Shown: positions 20,475 to 34,258, numbered from the stretch's first letter. The stretch is DNA of 64,000 bases from Amoebidium appalachense (GCA_963693365.1 CAVNZM010000007.1:10785962-10849961); one strand, 5' to 3'. Made by a program: numbers and translations. The notes: generated by a model not told the origin, from the letters alone.

Positions 20475-21229
20475 GGCGCCTCGTCCTGCAAAGAACAACA
20501 ATACACACATTCACGCACTCGCACACACACACACACATGCACACACACACACACAGATTGCAACCCTTATCCCCACCCTTGAAGTGCTTGATGGGGGAGC
20601 GTTTTCGCGGCAAAAAGTTCTACCGCAAGCAGATGCTGGCCAAGCGGGCAAAGGCCAAAGATGGCAAGGAATCGGGGGAGGGGGTGAAGCGACCACACAC
20701 GGGGGAGGAGAAGGGGGCACCAACTGCCAAAAAAGGAAAGATCTCTCATGAGAAGCCCAGGGCATCGAGCAGGGAGGAAGGTAGGGAGGTAGGGGTGAAG
20801 GAAAAGAAAGAGAAAGCAGGGGACAAACAGACAAAGGTTGCCGGCATAAAAAAGGAGGAGGAGGAGGGTGCAAAGCCTACAAAGGAAGTGGTGGTGGTGG
20901 AGGGCAGTGGCAAGGAAAAAGAAAAGGCACCAAAAAAGGCCAAGACGGAGGGCAAACCAGCCACTCAAAAGCCTGCAAAGTCGGCAAAGGCGACGGTAGC
21001 CAATGAGAAATCAGCAGCAGCAGAACCAGCCAGTCAGGTGGCACCAAAGAAAGCGGCGGCGAAAAAGGAGGCAGGGGGGGTTCTTGGGGCCAAGGGGGCA
21101 GAGAGGGAGGAGGGGACGGGGATTGGTGTTAGTGGGGTGGTGGGGGTGGAGAGGAAGGGCAAGACGGGGGGGGTGGATGTGGCTGCCCTGTTTGCGGCAA
21201 CACAGGAGGAGGCCGTGCCGGGGTGGTAA
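15731..21229 (+). CDS. SDS22-like leucine-rich-repeat protein with LRR-cap and Lys/Glu-rich tail; one apparent frameshift
   Basis: Exons 15731-15846, 17135-17286, 17692-17829, 19029-19215, 19430-19474, 20027-20117, 20557-21229. LxxLxLxxNxL repeats (LKRVDLSKNNLSSL, LQELRLSDNLIVSL, LKQLSLRGNKI) and cap YHDKIATLIPTLEVLDG. An extra G in the run at 20593-20597 breaks the frame. Divergently transcribed from ABCF2. Confidence 0.85.
15901..15995. repeat. ~38-bp-arm hairpin element, with a related partial copy at 8364-8408
   Basis: attcacatggaggtggaagtagtacttgggggtttacg / cgtaaaccctcaagtactacttccaccccatgtgaat. 30 bp (15929-15958) recur exactly, inverted, at 8364-8393. Confidence 0.8.
17361..20440 (+). 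mobile_element. Plus-strand diverged 3'-end copies of the poly-C-tailed family in LRR-gene introns (17361-17466, 18815-18900, 18965-19013, ~19555-19668, ~20310-20435)
   Basis: cctgaggatgggatctgcttattatgcat...cgcattctacccc at 17362; tgtgtacttcgtacttt...cattctacacccc at ~18880; cctgagcatggg at ~20320. Confidence 0.7.
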
Positions 21230-21964
21230 CGTGCATGGAGGTAGTGGGTGGAAGCATGTGGGGGCCTGGGGTTGGATGGGTGGGTCCCGGAGCAGGAATA
21301 GAACGAATGATACTCGAATGTGTAGACTGCATACATAGATGTGTGGGTGATGACAGTGATAGTGATAGATCTACCGTATGGGGCAGTGATAGTAGCGTAT
21401 GAAGTCTGTGTGTGGGCGGGCTACCCAGGAGCCGCTGGGCCCATGAAGAAAACAAAGGCAGGGCTGGGCCCAGTCCATTAAAGTGTGCTTCCGATACCCG
21501 AGAAAACAAAGGCAGGGCTGGGCCCAGTCCATTATAGTGTGCTTCCGATACCCGTCCTTCTCTGCCTTTCATGATTTCAACTCTTTATCTTTTGCTTTTG
21601 AAAACTCCCACGAGCATGTTATGTGCAAGTCGTTTTGCGGATTACAGGTCTTAAAACCCCTCCCCAGACAGACAAATTTGCACACGGAGGCTGCAGGGTC
21701 AGAGTCTGCCGATCTGTACCATGCAGTGTGGATGTTCATGTGTCCACAAGCAAACACGTGCCCTGGGCTGCAGTGCCGGATAACCATTGTGGGGGCACAC
21801 TCACCACCATAGCTACCTAATCATTCTGTGAAGTCCTTGGTTTCCCTCACGCCTCAAAGACTGCCCCCAAGCATCCTGCAGGTAGATCACAGTCATGCAT
21901 GGCCCGATCCACCCCCCTCCAAAACACACACACACGTGACACACACAGCTAGAGGGAGAGTGAG

Positions 21965-22006
<42 letters not shown>

Positions 22007-22296
22007 CAACACACACACACACACACACACAGACACAGACACACGCACACACAGACACGCACACAGACACACCAGGCATGCATGCATACGTGCATACATG
22101 TGACCTACAATTTACCTGCATCCCCGCAAATAAGTCGATCAAAGCCTTTAGGTTTCGAACACGTGCCAGGCCATTAATATTGGCCACCACTGGATCGGGA
22201 ATTCGGGATTAGGCCTAGCCGAAGTGTCTCCTTGCAATTGTTACCCCCCCCCCCCCCCCCCCCCCCCTCCCCCTTCTCCTTTTTTCGTGTTAACAT

Positions 22297-22330
<34 letters not shown>

Positions 22331-22356
22331 CCCTTCTCCTTTTTTCGTGTTAACAT

Positions 22357-22398
<42 letters not shown>

Positions 22399-22861
22399 CC
22401 CCCCTTAATTTCTTTTTTTCAGGACTCGTGATCACGTCGTTTCTTGAAGCCTGCATGCGCTGTTGACTTGAGGCACAAAGTGCACCCCAGACGTATTGAG
22501 GGGTTCTGCTCGGTAAGGCTTGGGGTGCCCTCTCAGCGTTATATCACGTCCTTGGATTTCCGGTGTAGTTGCTTGAATTCAAGTGAAACAGCCAGCAATT
22601 CAGCTGCAGCTAGCTATCATAGATAATTCCGTGCAAAATAAAGGGGGTTATCACAATATATTGGGTTCCCCGTGAACGTTGTCCTGTGTTTCGAAGTGTT
22701 TGATTTGGCATATAGATGTGAGGCTTTGAGTTCGGCACGCCAGGGCCGGGTATATTCACAGTAGAGTTTTTGTGCTGTACCGTGCCCAAGATTATGGGAA
22801 ACTTTTCGGATACTTAGAATTCTTGCGCTGGTCCGAGCCAGCTCTGAAGAGTGCCGGGTGA

Positions 22862-22896
<35 letters not shown>

Positions 22897-23616
22897 TTTC
22901 AATAACGTTTCTTCTAAAGTTTTTTTTATGTTTATTCTTTTCCTTTAAGGTTTTTCTTTTCTTTTTTTTTTTTGGTGGTGTGTGCGTGTGTTTGGGAGGG
23001 GGGAGGGGGTGGGGGGTGGGGGGTGGGGAGGGGGGGGATTCATACACTGATTCAGAAGAGAAAGACCTTGGCGTCATGGTTGGAGACACATACACACACA
23101 CACACAAACACACATACACACACGCACACATGTACACACACACAAGCACACCACCACGCTGTGTGATAAACTACACCCATATCATTAGCACACCTGTTCA
23201 CACCAACATCATGTCGATGACCCAGAAGGATGTTAGAAACAAAAGTAAACAGAAGCCTGAAATAAAAGCGAAAGAAAATTGCCTTGCCAAGACAGACCCC
23301 GTATGCCCTAGGTCGAATACTGGTATCAGCAGCCCGGAGACATCTTTTCGTATGTATGTATACGTACGCCTGTGTGTATGCGCACACACACGCATCACAG
23401 TGTGTGCACCTGAAGGTTTGTGTATGTGTACATAACGTTTGTGCGCACGCCCGAGTAAAGGTGTGTGTATGTCGGCTGCATTTGGTGGATGCGTGGGGTG
23501 AGAACTAGTGAGGTGGGGGCCACATGGGCATGGGTGCGAAGGTACTCAGGGTCCATTGTTGCGCGAACTACGGTAACGGGGTGGGCAGGGGTTGATTGCC
23601 CCGAGGAGGGAGGAGG

Positions 23617-23650
<34 letters not shown>

Positions 23651-23976
23651 TTGGCCGGATTCCACGGCTTAAAGATTGTTATTGGATTCCCACTAGGATG
23701 GGTGCTGTTTCCTAGGGGCGGCTTAATAAATTAAGAAATTTGTAAATGTTGTGCTTGGTGCTCGGACACATGTCTCGAGTGTGCCCGTGCTTAGGTGCCC
23801 ACCAAGGAGTGTCTATATCCGTGCAGCATTTAACTACGTGTGTGAATGTGTCAAGTTTTAATAGTCTCCCCCCCCCCCCCCTCCCCCCCCCCCCTCCCTC
23901 CCCCCTCCCCTTCCCCTCCTCCCCCCCCCTCTCCCCCCCCCCCCCCTTCCCTCTCCTCCCTCCCTCCTCCCCTCCC

Positions 23977-24029
<53 letters not shown>

Positions 24030-24418
24030 AAAAGAAAAGAAAAGAAAAGAAAAAGAAAAAAAGAAAAGAAAAGAAAATCAGCCTGTTCAGTTGTTACAAG
24101 TGTGGACATGTACAAGAGTGGGCGGGCAGGCAGGCAGGCGGGCAGGCGGGTGGGCGGGTGGGCAGGCGGGGGGGGGGGGGGGGGGGGGGGGGGAGGGAGG
24201 GGGGGGGGGGGCGGCGGGGGGGCCACAGGGAGGAGGAGGGGGGGGGGGGGGGGGGCGGGTTCCGTTAAAACATCAAAAAACGGCCATTCTCAAGATTTTC
24301 AGGCATATGCCATACAACGTGCGCGGCAGTTGCATCTTATAATATCCACCCACCCACCCAATGAACCATGGCCCTTCTAATATAGAAAAGGAGACTGAAT
24401 CGAAGGGAAAAAAGCGCG

Positions 24419-24466
<48 letters not shown>

Positions 24467-24656
24467 GGTTAACTCCCTGGGGGGGGGGGGGGGGGAGGTT
24501 AACTCACCACACCACACACACTACATCAATAGCAAGGCCTCCTGGATAAACATCAATAGCCTATAATCCCGGTACAGTACTAATTGTCAAATGCAAACAG
24601 CCTGAGCATAAATGGAAGGCGGACTATCTGCCGCATCGGTAGCCCATGCCTAGTTA

Positions 24657-25891
24657 GGGCGTGTTTGACAGAGCAGTTATATATCGTCTTTTCATCGTAT
24701 TCGTCTTATTTCGGCGAAAAGACGAATACGATTATGTGTCGTGCCAAACGTTACGCGCCACAGGTTTCAATTTACGCTAAAGACGATCATGATCAGGACG
24801 TCGCTCTAAATACATATTTTCGAAAATCACCTCCGGAGGTGATTTTCGAAAAGACGATATAACTTTGAGCCAATCACAATCAAAATGAGCCTATTGGATC
24901 ATTCTGATCCAATCCAATATTGGTACCGCGGCGCACCTTTTATGGTTATTTTGCTTTGAGATTGGTGGAAATCGGTTCAATGTCTGTTCTTTTCCCCATT
25001 GTGCTTTATTACAATAGAAATAAATAATGAAAGTTATTGAAAAAGTATATAAAGTATCTATAGCTAATTAAAGCTGAAAAAAATACGCTCCAAATTGACT
25101 TTGATTACACTTCGAGGTAATAAATGTATTATTTTCGGTTTGCACCCCTTGGCCCAATCAAACATCTGAAACATACATTTTCAGCATTCCACTGATGAAA
25201 CTTAAATACGGACCAAGCAGGCTCAAGTTGCAACTGGTTCGGTTCGTGTGACGCCAGATTGCCAGATTGCCAGATTTTTTAGGGTGCCAAATTTTGTTTA
25301 AAAAGCCTTCGCCAATTTGCGGTTCGTGTAGCTCGATGATTTTAGCAAAATCTGCGTAAAAATCACGGGGAAAATTCATGTTCGTGTTCTTCGTCTCGTT
25401 TTACACGCAGCCTTTTTCGGTGGCAAGGGGTTTTGTTGACCTTTTATGGGTCTTGTTTTTATGGAAGAGCAACTTTGGAATGCTGACGTGCGTATAAAAA
25501 GCATTCATTCTACATTCGCTGCTTCTCATATGTAACTGTGTCTTTTTTGTTAGTTTTGCAGACTGTTGAAGGAAGTAACTTTCCGTGTCCATCTTTCAAC
25601 CATTTCGTTTCTAAAACATTGGGCGGAGAGAAAGTATAGGACGCATGAGGGCTAGCCTGTTCACATAAAAGTTTTATGGAGCTGTTTCGGCTTTTTATTG
25701 GCCGGGTATTCGAAGGCTTTCTAATGTGTGTAGTTGGCAGTTTGACAGGCCGAAAAGAACGCGCTCTTTGCACCATTCTTGCATCTTTCGGGTTGTTTCC
25801 TGTCAAGTACGCTGTCAAGTACACATGCACGCACACACGAAAGCACGCACGCACATACGCACAGGCGCGCGGACGCACGGACGCACGCACG

Positions 25892-25922
<31 letters not shown>

Positions 25923-26631
25923 CACATACACACACACACACAAACACACACACACACGCACACACACACACACACACAGACACACACACACACACACACA
26001 TCCACAAGGCGGTTTTACCTCATTACTTGATGTGGTGGAAAAATGTTGAGACAAGGACTGTCTAGGAACATGTGCGGGGTAGGGGCGTTTTTGAAACCTG
26101 CACCCACGAAACACACTCTGTCTTCTCTGTTTCCTGTCTCTCGCACTACGCTCACGCACGTCCTTCGACCGATTCGCACCTTGCCCTCCCATAGGTCCTT
26201 CACATCCTCTCAGATCCTTTTTGAAAAGCACCGCCAATACACACACACACAAACACGCACACACACACACGCACACACACACACATACACGTAGTAAGCA
26301 CGCTCGCACGGACGCACGCACGCACGCACGCACGCACGTACGCACGCACCCATCCACCCACACACGCAAGCACGCACGCACGCAGGCAACCAGGTACGCA
26401 CGCACGCACGCACGCACACACGCACACACATACCCATACAAAGCGCACATGCACACACACGCACGCGCTCCCACACCCCCACTGGCACACATTCCGACCC
26501 ACCGACACCCCACACACCCACACACTCCACCCCATACTTGGGTGAGGTCCCCGTGCATTCTACACTTGAAAGACCACCACGGAGCTAATCGTACGGCGAA
26601 GGGCCCAGGAGAGGGGAAGGGGGGCATGTAA

Positions 26632-26726
<95 letters not shown>

Positions 26727-26839
26727 CGCATGTATGCGCACGCATGAGCACGCGCGCGCGTGCGTGTGTGTGTGTGTGTGTGAGTGTGTGTGTGTGTTTG
26801 TGTGCGTGTGTGTGTGTGTTGGTTTGTGTGTGTGTGTGT

Positions 26840-26904
<65 letters not shown>

Positions 26905-26908
26905 TCAA

Positions 26909-26955
<47 letters not shown>

Positions 26956-27015
26956 GTGTGTGTCACAGTGTGTGTGTGTGTGTTGTGTGTGTCACAGTGT
27001 GTGTTTGTTTGTGTG

Positions 27016-27048
<33 letters not shown>

Positions 27049-28584
27049 ATGTATCGTGTTTGTGTGTGGAAAGGGGGGGGGGGGGGGTGTATGTGTGTGT
27101 GCGTGTGTGTGTGTGTCTGTGTGTGTGTGTGTCTCAGAGTGAGCTTGTGTGTCACAGGCTGTGGCACGGTGTGTGTGTGTGTGTGCATGTGTGTGTGCGT
27201 GTGTGTGTGTGGGCGGGTGGGTGCCCACATCACGCGTGCACACGTACGAGTGTTTGTGTATGTGTGCATGCGCGCGCGCGGGCTTGTGTGTGTGTGTGTG
27301 TGCTCGCGTGTGCTTATGTGCGCATGTGCGCGTATTGAAGGGTGTGTGTGTGCACGTGTGAGATAAACTAGAGGCCTGTTAGGACAGAGAGAAAGAGACA
27401 GAGAGAGAGGGACAGGGAGGGAGGGAGAGTCGGGAGAGAGAGAGAGAGAGTGTGTGTGAATACGTGTGTGTGTGTGTGCGCGCGTGCACGCATGCGCGCA
27501 GGTGGATGTCACGGCGTGTGTGTGTGTATGTGTGCGTGTGTGTTCGTGTGTGCTCGCGTGCACGCATTAAGGCATGTTGAGTGTGTGTGCGTGTGTGTGT
27601 GTGTGTCTGAGTGTGTCTGTGTGTGTGTGCTGCGCTCGCAAGCTTGTATGTGGGTGTGTGTGCGGGTTTGGGTTTGCGTGGATGCATGGGTGCACATGTG
27701 CCTTTGAGCCTGTGTTGGCATGCATGCATGCTTAGTCAATGAAAGATGCACGGAGACAGTGGGAGAGACACAAGGCCAAAAGTGGAATGACTGTGTCTGG
27801 CGCATCCTTAACACAAACGGGACCAAGGCGTTTCCTCGATTTTGGGATGGAGTAAAGAGGGTCGAGTTAGGTAGTACGCAGGCGTGTGATCCAGAGCGGT
27901 TGCGTTTATGGACGTATAGGCCAAAAATGCGGCGGAGTAACACGTTAGGAGCAATATAGTAGCCACAACCCGCCGGTGGTGTTCATCTGGGTCACGCATT
28001 TTCCCGTCTCAAGAGAGACCCTATAAGGAAAAGACAAAGGGCAAGGTACAGACGAGGGCGAAAGAGAGTTATCCGCAAATAAAAATACAAATAAATCAGA
28101 TGAAAGGAAGAGGGAATCGTCTCTTTTGTCAACACTACGGTTGTGACAGGTATCGTTTTGTCGTTTTGTCGTACGCTGTGTCACACGGCCAAGCAGCCTT
28201 TGTGGAGGCACCTGCTGATTGGTTACGCTTGCATTCTGGCGGCCTGGGTTAACCCAATCCCTGCACGGCCGTCATCTGGAAACCACCCCCCCCCCTTTCT
28301 AAAAGAATCCGGCATCTGGAAAGGGGGTGGATAAATTCTGGCATTAATACGAAATTTAGTGTTATAATGGCTCGATCTGAATGGCTGAATTTTACCGGTA
28401 AAAAAAATCTGGCAATCTGGCAATCTGGCTTGTCACACGAACCGAACCACTTTCGTGTTTAGGCGCGTTTGGCGCGCCATAATCGTATGATTGCCGACTA
28501 CCACAAAATAATTTTGTAAACACGATTGATCGACTTTTCGCCCTAAATACGAATACGATTTTTGGGTGGCTGCCAAACACGCCC
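24657..28584. mobile_element. PIF/Harbinger (Tourist-like) non-autonomous element carrying a nested insertion
   Basis: TIR GGGCGTGTTTGRCAG at both ends; TTA duplicated at 24654-24656 and 28585-28587; subterminal ATCGTATTCG motifs at both ends. Confidence 0.8.
25236..28448. mobile_element. Nested 3.2-kb TIR element with a 3-bp ACT target duplication and microsatellite-rich cargo
   Basis: ~45-bp TIR GGTTCGGTTCGTGTGAC..(GCCAGATT)x3-TTTT; ACT at 25233-25235 and 28449-28451. No transposase ORF recognised. Confidence 0.8.
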
Positions 28585-28988
28585 TTAGTTGTGACCTCAA
28601 AACCTTGGATTTCTTCATTCTGGGGCCCCGCAGTGGAGATCTTCTCTACTCTCACAGCCACTCTACTCTTACTTGAAGCTTTCGTCGGGATATAAGATGA
28701 AAATGGAAAACTTAAATCCAGAAATCCGGAAAATTGAAAATTTTCCTAAATAATGAAAATCTTAAATCCATCTTAACATGATAGTTCCTTTTCCCCAAAG
28801 AATTTAAAGAACTAAGACTGTAGTCACTGTTAGGCCCACACGGCCCACGGGCACTTACGAGCTTCATCAATTTCATTTACACGATCGCAGTATTCGATAC
28901 CATACATCCATCTCACAAACCAGGAAAAACCCAGTCAACTACACCTGGTCCAAATTTAACTAAAAAATTAGTACCATTACAGCCATCA

Positions 28989-30807
28989 TCAGACCTCTAT
29001 GCAGTCGATGCATGCCGTGTCATCAAACAGGTCTGTAGCCATCGGTGAGCCGCCCTTCTTGCTGAGTGTGTTCTTGTCCACTGCTGGTGGCGGCAGCACA
29101 TCCCACAGGTGACCCACTAGTGCGGTGCTATTTGAATCTATCAGCTCGTATGCTGGGGGATTATCGACCATGGGTGTAGCCGACACCAGCAAACTGCACG
29201 CAAACTCCGACAGCTGTGACACGGCAGCCTCAGTGAAGTTAGTGAGGGTGAAGGGGATGGCCAGCTTGACGGGCCTGCCCCCAGCCACCAGCACCTTAAT
29301 GCGCGCCTCATAGCGCACTAGGTGCTGCGCCCCCAGCTCACGGTGTTTGCTGTAACCGGAGGGTGCCAGCATGGCCGTGCTGTCCTCCAGATAAGACTCC
29401 ATGGGGATGTGTGCTATGCGCGCACACTCGGGGATGTTTGGGGTCGACCTTAGTGCATAGCAGTTGCACTGCACGCTGGGTGACAGCGTGAGGTTGTACG
29501 TGTGCCCTGGGCCCTTGGCGGCCACCCCCTCGACGCTTGCACGTGCAAGTGAGGGAGACACAAGCATGAAGCTGTCTGTGCCGATGACGTTGCGGAAGTA
29601 CTGCTTGACCTTGGCCTTGACCAGTGTCACACGCACACTGCTGGCCGAGTTGCGCACACTCACACGCACCTGCAGGTTCGTGCCGCACGTGTAGACATTG
29701 CGGTCCAGGCTAGCATAGACGTACAGGCGGGCATCAGGTTTGCCCAGCAGGCGGTCGAACAGGAAGGCCTTGCCCTGGCAGGCCCGTGGCTGCAGCTCCA
29801 GCTGGGGCACGTACATGGCGCCCTTGGTGAAGCGCTGCTTGGCTAGCAGTATCTGCTCGTCGTCTGTGGTCTTGCACAGAGAGGCAAGGTACCACTCAAC
29901 TGCAACTTTGCTGTACGGGTCCCGGTACTGTGTGCACAAAGCAGGTCAGCACATGGCAGGAGCACGAGAGAGAAGGGCAAAAATAAAAACGGAGATTCTC
30001 AGCTTACAGCACGGACGTTTCAGTTGAGCAAAGGAAATAATAACAAAACAAACCAAAAAAATTATGGTGCCGAGGCCCTTGGCGTGATGGGTAACCTAGC
30101 CAACCAAGGGGCCACAATCTACCCAGGCGGGACAGAACCAAATATTTTTTCCAAACCCACCCACTTGGGTGTTTGAACGACTTGTGCACTCAGCAACGAG
30201 CCCAGTGTGATAAAGAAAACTGCAAAAACCAACAACCACCCAACCATTTTACGGATGCATGTCTCGTGGTTGGGACTCCCATACCTCTAGCTAACACCAC
30301 CTTACCCCTCATCGATAAAAACACACCTAAAAACGCCACAACACACGTCCACGGCCGCCCCATCCCTCTATGTGTTCCTTTCTCCCTTCTCTTTCTTACC
30401 TCACACAAAGTAGAGTTTGGAAATCCCGGGTCCAGGCTGAAGCTGAAGTCAAAAGAGTATGTGGCGTCGCAGTCCAGCAGACTTCTCTCGTCTGGGGGTT
30501 GCAGTGTGCAGCGTGTGGTCAACACACGCTCAGCACGGTACAGCGTGGTGGTAGGGTAGAGTGTCTTGCCGTCCATACGCTTAATCACACACCGTAGCCG
30601 CACAATGATCACTCGGCACGCGAGTGCTTTTGATATGTCGCAGGTCAGAGACCCACAGATGGTGTCGTTTTCGTAGTAGATGTTACGCTCTAGGTTGAGC
30701 TTGAACGTGCCATATTGGCCTCGCGACGTGCTTGTGACGGGGGACTTGGTCTGTGGTGTGCGCGGATGGTCTTGCTGTGCTCTATTGCCCACTATCCGTG
30801 CAAGCAT
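28989..30807 (-). CDS. Arrestin-fold protein (beta-arrestin-like motifs, C-terminal PPAY), 2 exons, ~448 aa
   Basis: Exons 30807-30400 and 29927-28989 (GTAAGA...CAG, phase 0). Motifs FSFSLDPGFPNS, VEWYL, LYVYASLDRNVYTCG..LQVRVSVRN, VKAKVKQY, LVRYEARIKVLV..KLAIPFTL. Confidence 0.8.
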
Positions 30808-33489
30808 TTTCGCTCGCGTATGCTTATGGCGTATATATCAAGCTGGTTGTGAGGGGTGCTCTCTTTGCACGTGTACACGTGTTTTGAGCGGCTAACTAAC
30901 CATGTGGAAGTCCTTCCTCCTGCCTATTTGGACGTACGCTTACCCTCGCGTTGTTTTCACAGTAAACTGCTGTATGGTCTGTGGCTGCAAGCACCAGTGG
31001 CCCGTACTACTACTGACGCAGTAACAGGTGTAATCGCTACTTTATGCACAGCAACAGCACTTGCCTAATAAAATGGTAGTGGTGGAGCTTCTGCGTAACA
31101 CTGAACACTACACTGCGAACCGTCGGAGCTGCGCACTATATGGCTGACACATAGGCAGAAAACAAACAAAGGAGAACAAGCTATCATAGCAGTAGCAAGC
31201 CAAGAAACTATTAGAACACACAGAGCAGGCCTTTGACATCACTACGTTGAATTGTGCGCCTGTACACTCCAACAACTTGAACGACGACTGCGAAACAGAG
31301 CGGTCCATGTGAGCGTGCAGACCTATCCGGAAAAAAGAACTGCGGTGGGGATCACAAAAACCTCGATTCTGGAAAACGTAGAAGCTAGGCACCAAAACAA
31401 GAGTATACAATCACCATTACAATTATAACAATATTAATTTAATAAAAACAAATGTTGTTGTTTTATTATTTTTTTGGACACTCCATATACTTAAAATATT
31501 TATTAATGAACCAAATACATCTGAATCTGGTTTTGCCCAATTTAGTTCCCCCGCACTTCAGAAATATGCACTATTTTTTTATGGCACCGCCAAAGAGGCT
31601 GATGGAACACCAATCAAATTACGAAATGGAACTTTGCAGGTTTGGTTTCCTAAACTCGATGATAGAGGCTCAAGTTTGAGGTTTAGATAATTGAGGGCTA
31701 GTTATTAAAGTAAAAAAAAGATAAATAACCTTGAATTTGCCCAATAACATAGTAGAAGTAATAGTGTAGAAAATAAGAACGTATAAGTGAAACAGTTTAA
31801 AAAAATATTCATGGTAAAAGTTCTGTACTACGCCTTAGCTTGTAGTTACGAGTATGATATCTTTTATTAGTTAACTGAAGTTTAAACGTGCGTACTTTTT
31901 TGGAGCGACAGATTTGATACGCCCCAAAAACAGTGTAGGGTGATCCTTCGCTTCAACCTATAGCCAATCACATTACGATGCAAGCTAGCCTGCATTCATG
32001 ACGCATGATATTCAGTAAATCATTGACTTTCCTTCAACCAATTGAGAGAATGGGGCTCTAGTTTGATGGTTATATTAAAAAGTTTCTAAAGAAGCTCAAA
32101 ACCCTGGCTTTCACTTAAGCAGCTAATTTTTATATACAAAAAACTTCTTTACATGTGTATTGAAGAGCGGTCCTGATCTGACTTTCCTAATTCACAGAAT
32201 AGACCGTTTCCTTATTTATGGCAATTGGCCAATCAGAAATTCTCAAGACTGAGTTATTATGTTCGGTCTTTCCCGCTGGCACATGCATGATGCGCATGCA
32301 TGGCCATGGCACATCATCAATTTCTGGCTACTCATGAAGCAATGAACAAAATGGCAGATTAATGGCTTATTAACAGTTGCATAATGGTCTATTAAACTTG
32401 AATCTTGCATAATGGACAGAAAAAATTACTGACTGAGTTTATTATATGTTAGAAGGGACCGAGTCACCGAACAGCTCTGATAGCAGAGCATGTACATTCA
32501 GTGACGTCACCGCGAGCGCACACAAAGTGAGTATCAAACTGACCAATAGCAGCGTAGTGCAAAGGGCTTACTTCATTGGTGTAGATTGCACCCGTAACCC
32601 GTTGCGTGCCTACAATAATTGCAACTTTTTCAAGTCTTACAACACTTGTCTTTCACCTGGCAGACAGTCAGAGGCTCCGACCCTGAGTGACTGAGTCATG
32701 ACGTGAGGATCAGCTGCATGGGCCCCGTATATCGATGGGCCCACTCACGTGCTGTCACCTACTGAGGTGACTCGTATTTTTCCTTACACACAGCGAACAC
32801 TGGACTCTCGGGACCGTAGAGCCGCCGCGAGAGAAAGCATGCACGCGGTCGCGAGAGTGTAAGGAAAAATAGACGGCCATTTCATAGCAGCCCAGGCACC
32901 GTCAGTACGTGCCAGACTCACGTGCACGTTGAAGCGTCTCGACTCTCGAGCTCTCCTCAGTCTGGCATTCATTCTCCTGTTCAGTCTCGACACAGCCAGC
33001 TCGAGGAGACCTCACAGGCATCAAGGGGGTATACGTAATGTGCTGTTTACCACCACACGAGCAGTTTACTTCGGCCGTGTAGTATGTAGCCTGTATACAG
33101 TACAGTCATATCTTGGCACAGGCTCATGCATATCATGATCATGAGCTGTATCAGATTTGTGGGGGGAAGGGGGGTGGGGGGGAAGGGGAGCTCGAGGGGG
33201 GAGGGGGGGGGGGGGGGGTAGTAGGCTAGGCCCCGCCCGCCTGTTCCAATTGAATAAAAACTTCTTTCGGAGCCCATAATCAGATGTACAGTTTAGGTGT
33301 CAGCATCCTCTAGACCTGCAACATGATAACTTACTACATCCAAATTGAAGGAAAGTAAGCAGTGCGTAATGACACTCGTTCAGGACTCGACCCTGCAGCA
33401 GAACCTAACCAGAAGAGTGGGAGGCGTTACAACGGCCACAACGTACTCTCACACAATCACAATCACATACTGTTTTGGTATAGAGAGAC

Positions 33490-33551
33490 CAAGGGGGGGT
33501 GGGGAGATAGGGAGACAGTGAGAGGGAGGGGGGAGAGAGGAGAGGGGGGGG

Positions 33552-33599
<48 letters not shown>

Positions 33600-33774
33600 G
33601 GGAGAGGGAGGGGGACGGAGGGAGGGAGGGGGAGAGGGGGGGAGGAAGAGAAAGAGAGAGGGAGGGAGAGAGACAGAGAATCGAGCCATGTACATGTAGC
33701 TAGAGGGGGAGAGGGAGAGAAAAAGAGTGAGAAAGGAGAGCGGGGGAGGGGAAGAGGGGGAGAGAGAGAGAGAT

Positions 33775-33808
<34 letters not shown>

Positions 33809-34258
33809 CAGCTAGTGAGAGGGGAGAGAGAGTTGGAGCAAGAGAGAAAGAGGCGAGGGGAGGGGAGGAGAAGAGGGGGAGGGGGAGAGAGAAAGAGACA
33901 GACAGAGAGTGTGTACGTGTATGTGTGTGTGTGCGTGAGGGGGGGGGAGGGGGAGGGAAAGGAGAACGCGGCAGAGGGAGAGAGAGGATAGGGGGGAGAG
34001 AGAGCAACAGAGAGAGAGCGAGAGAAAGAGAGGCGGGGAGGGGGGAGGGGGAAGAGAGAGAGAGAGGGAGGGAGGGAGGGAGGGGGGGGGGAGAGAGAGA
34101 GAGAGAGAGAGGGAAGGAGTGAGGGGGGAGAGGCAGGGAACGTTGGAGAGAGATAGGGGGGAGAGGGGAAGGGGGGGAGGGAGAGAGAGGGAGAGAGAGA
34201 GAGAGAGAGAGAGAGGAAGAGAGGGAGAGACAGAGAGGGAGGGAGGGAGGGAGGGAGG

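Noticed and set aside
21300-24600. Possible gene between the LRR gene and the Harbinger element
   Set aside because: No set of exons with a recognisable protein could be assembled; only low-complexity tracts and short local duplications are present.
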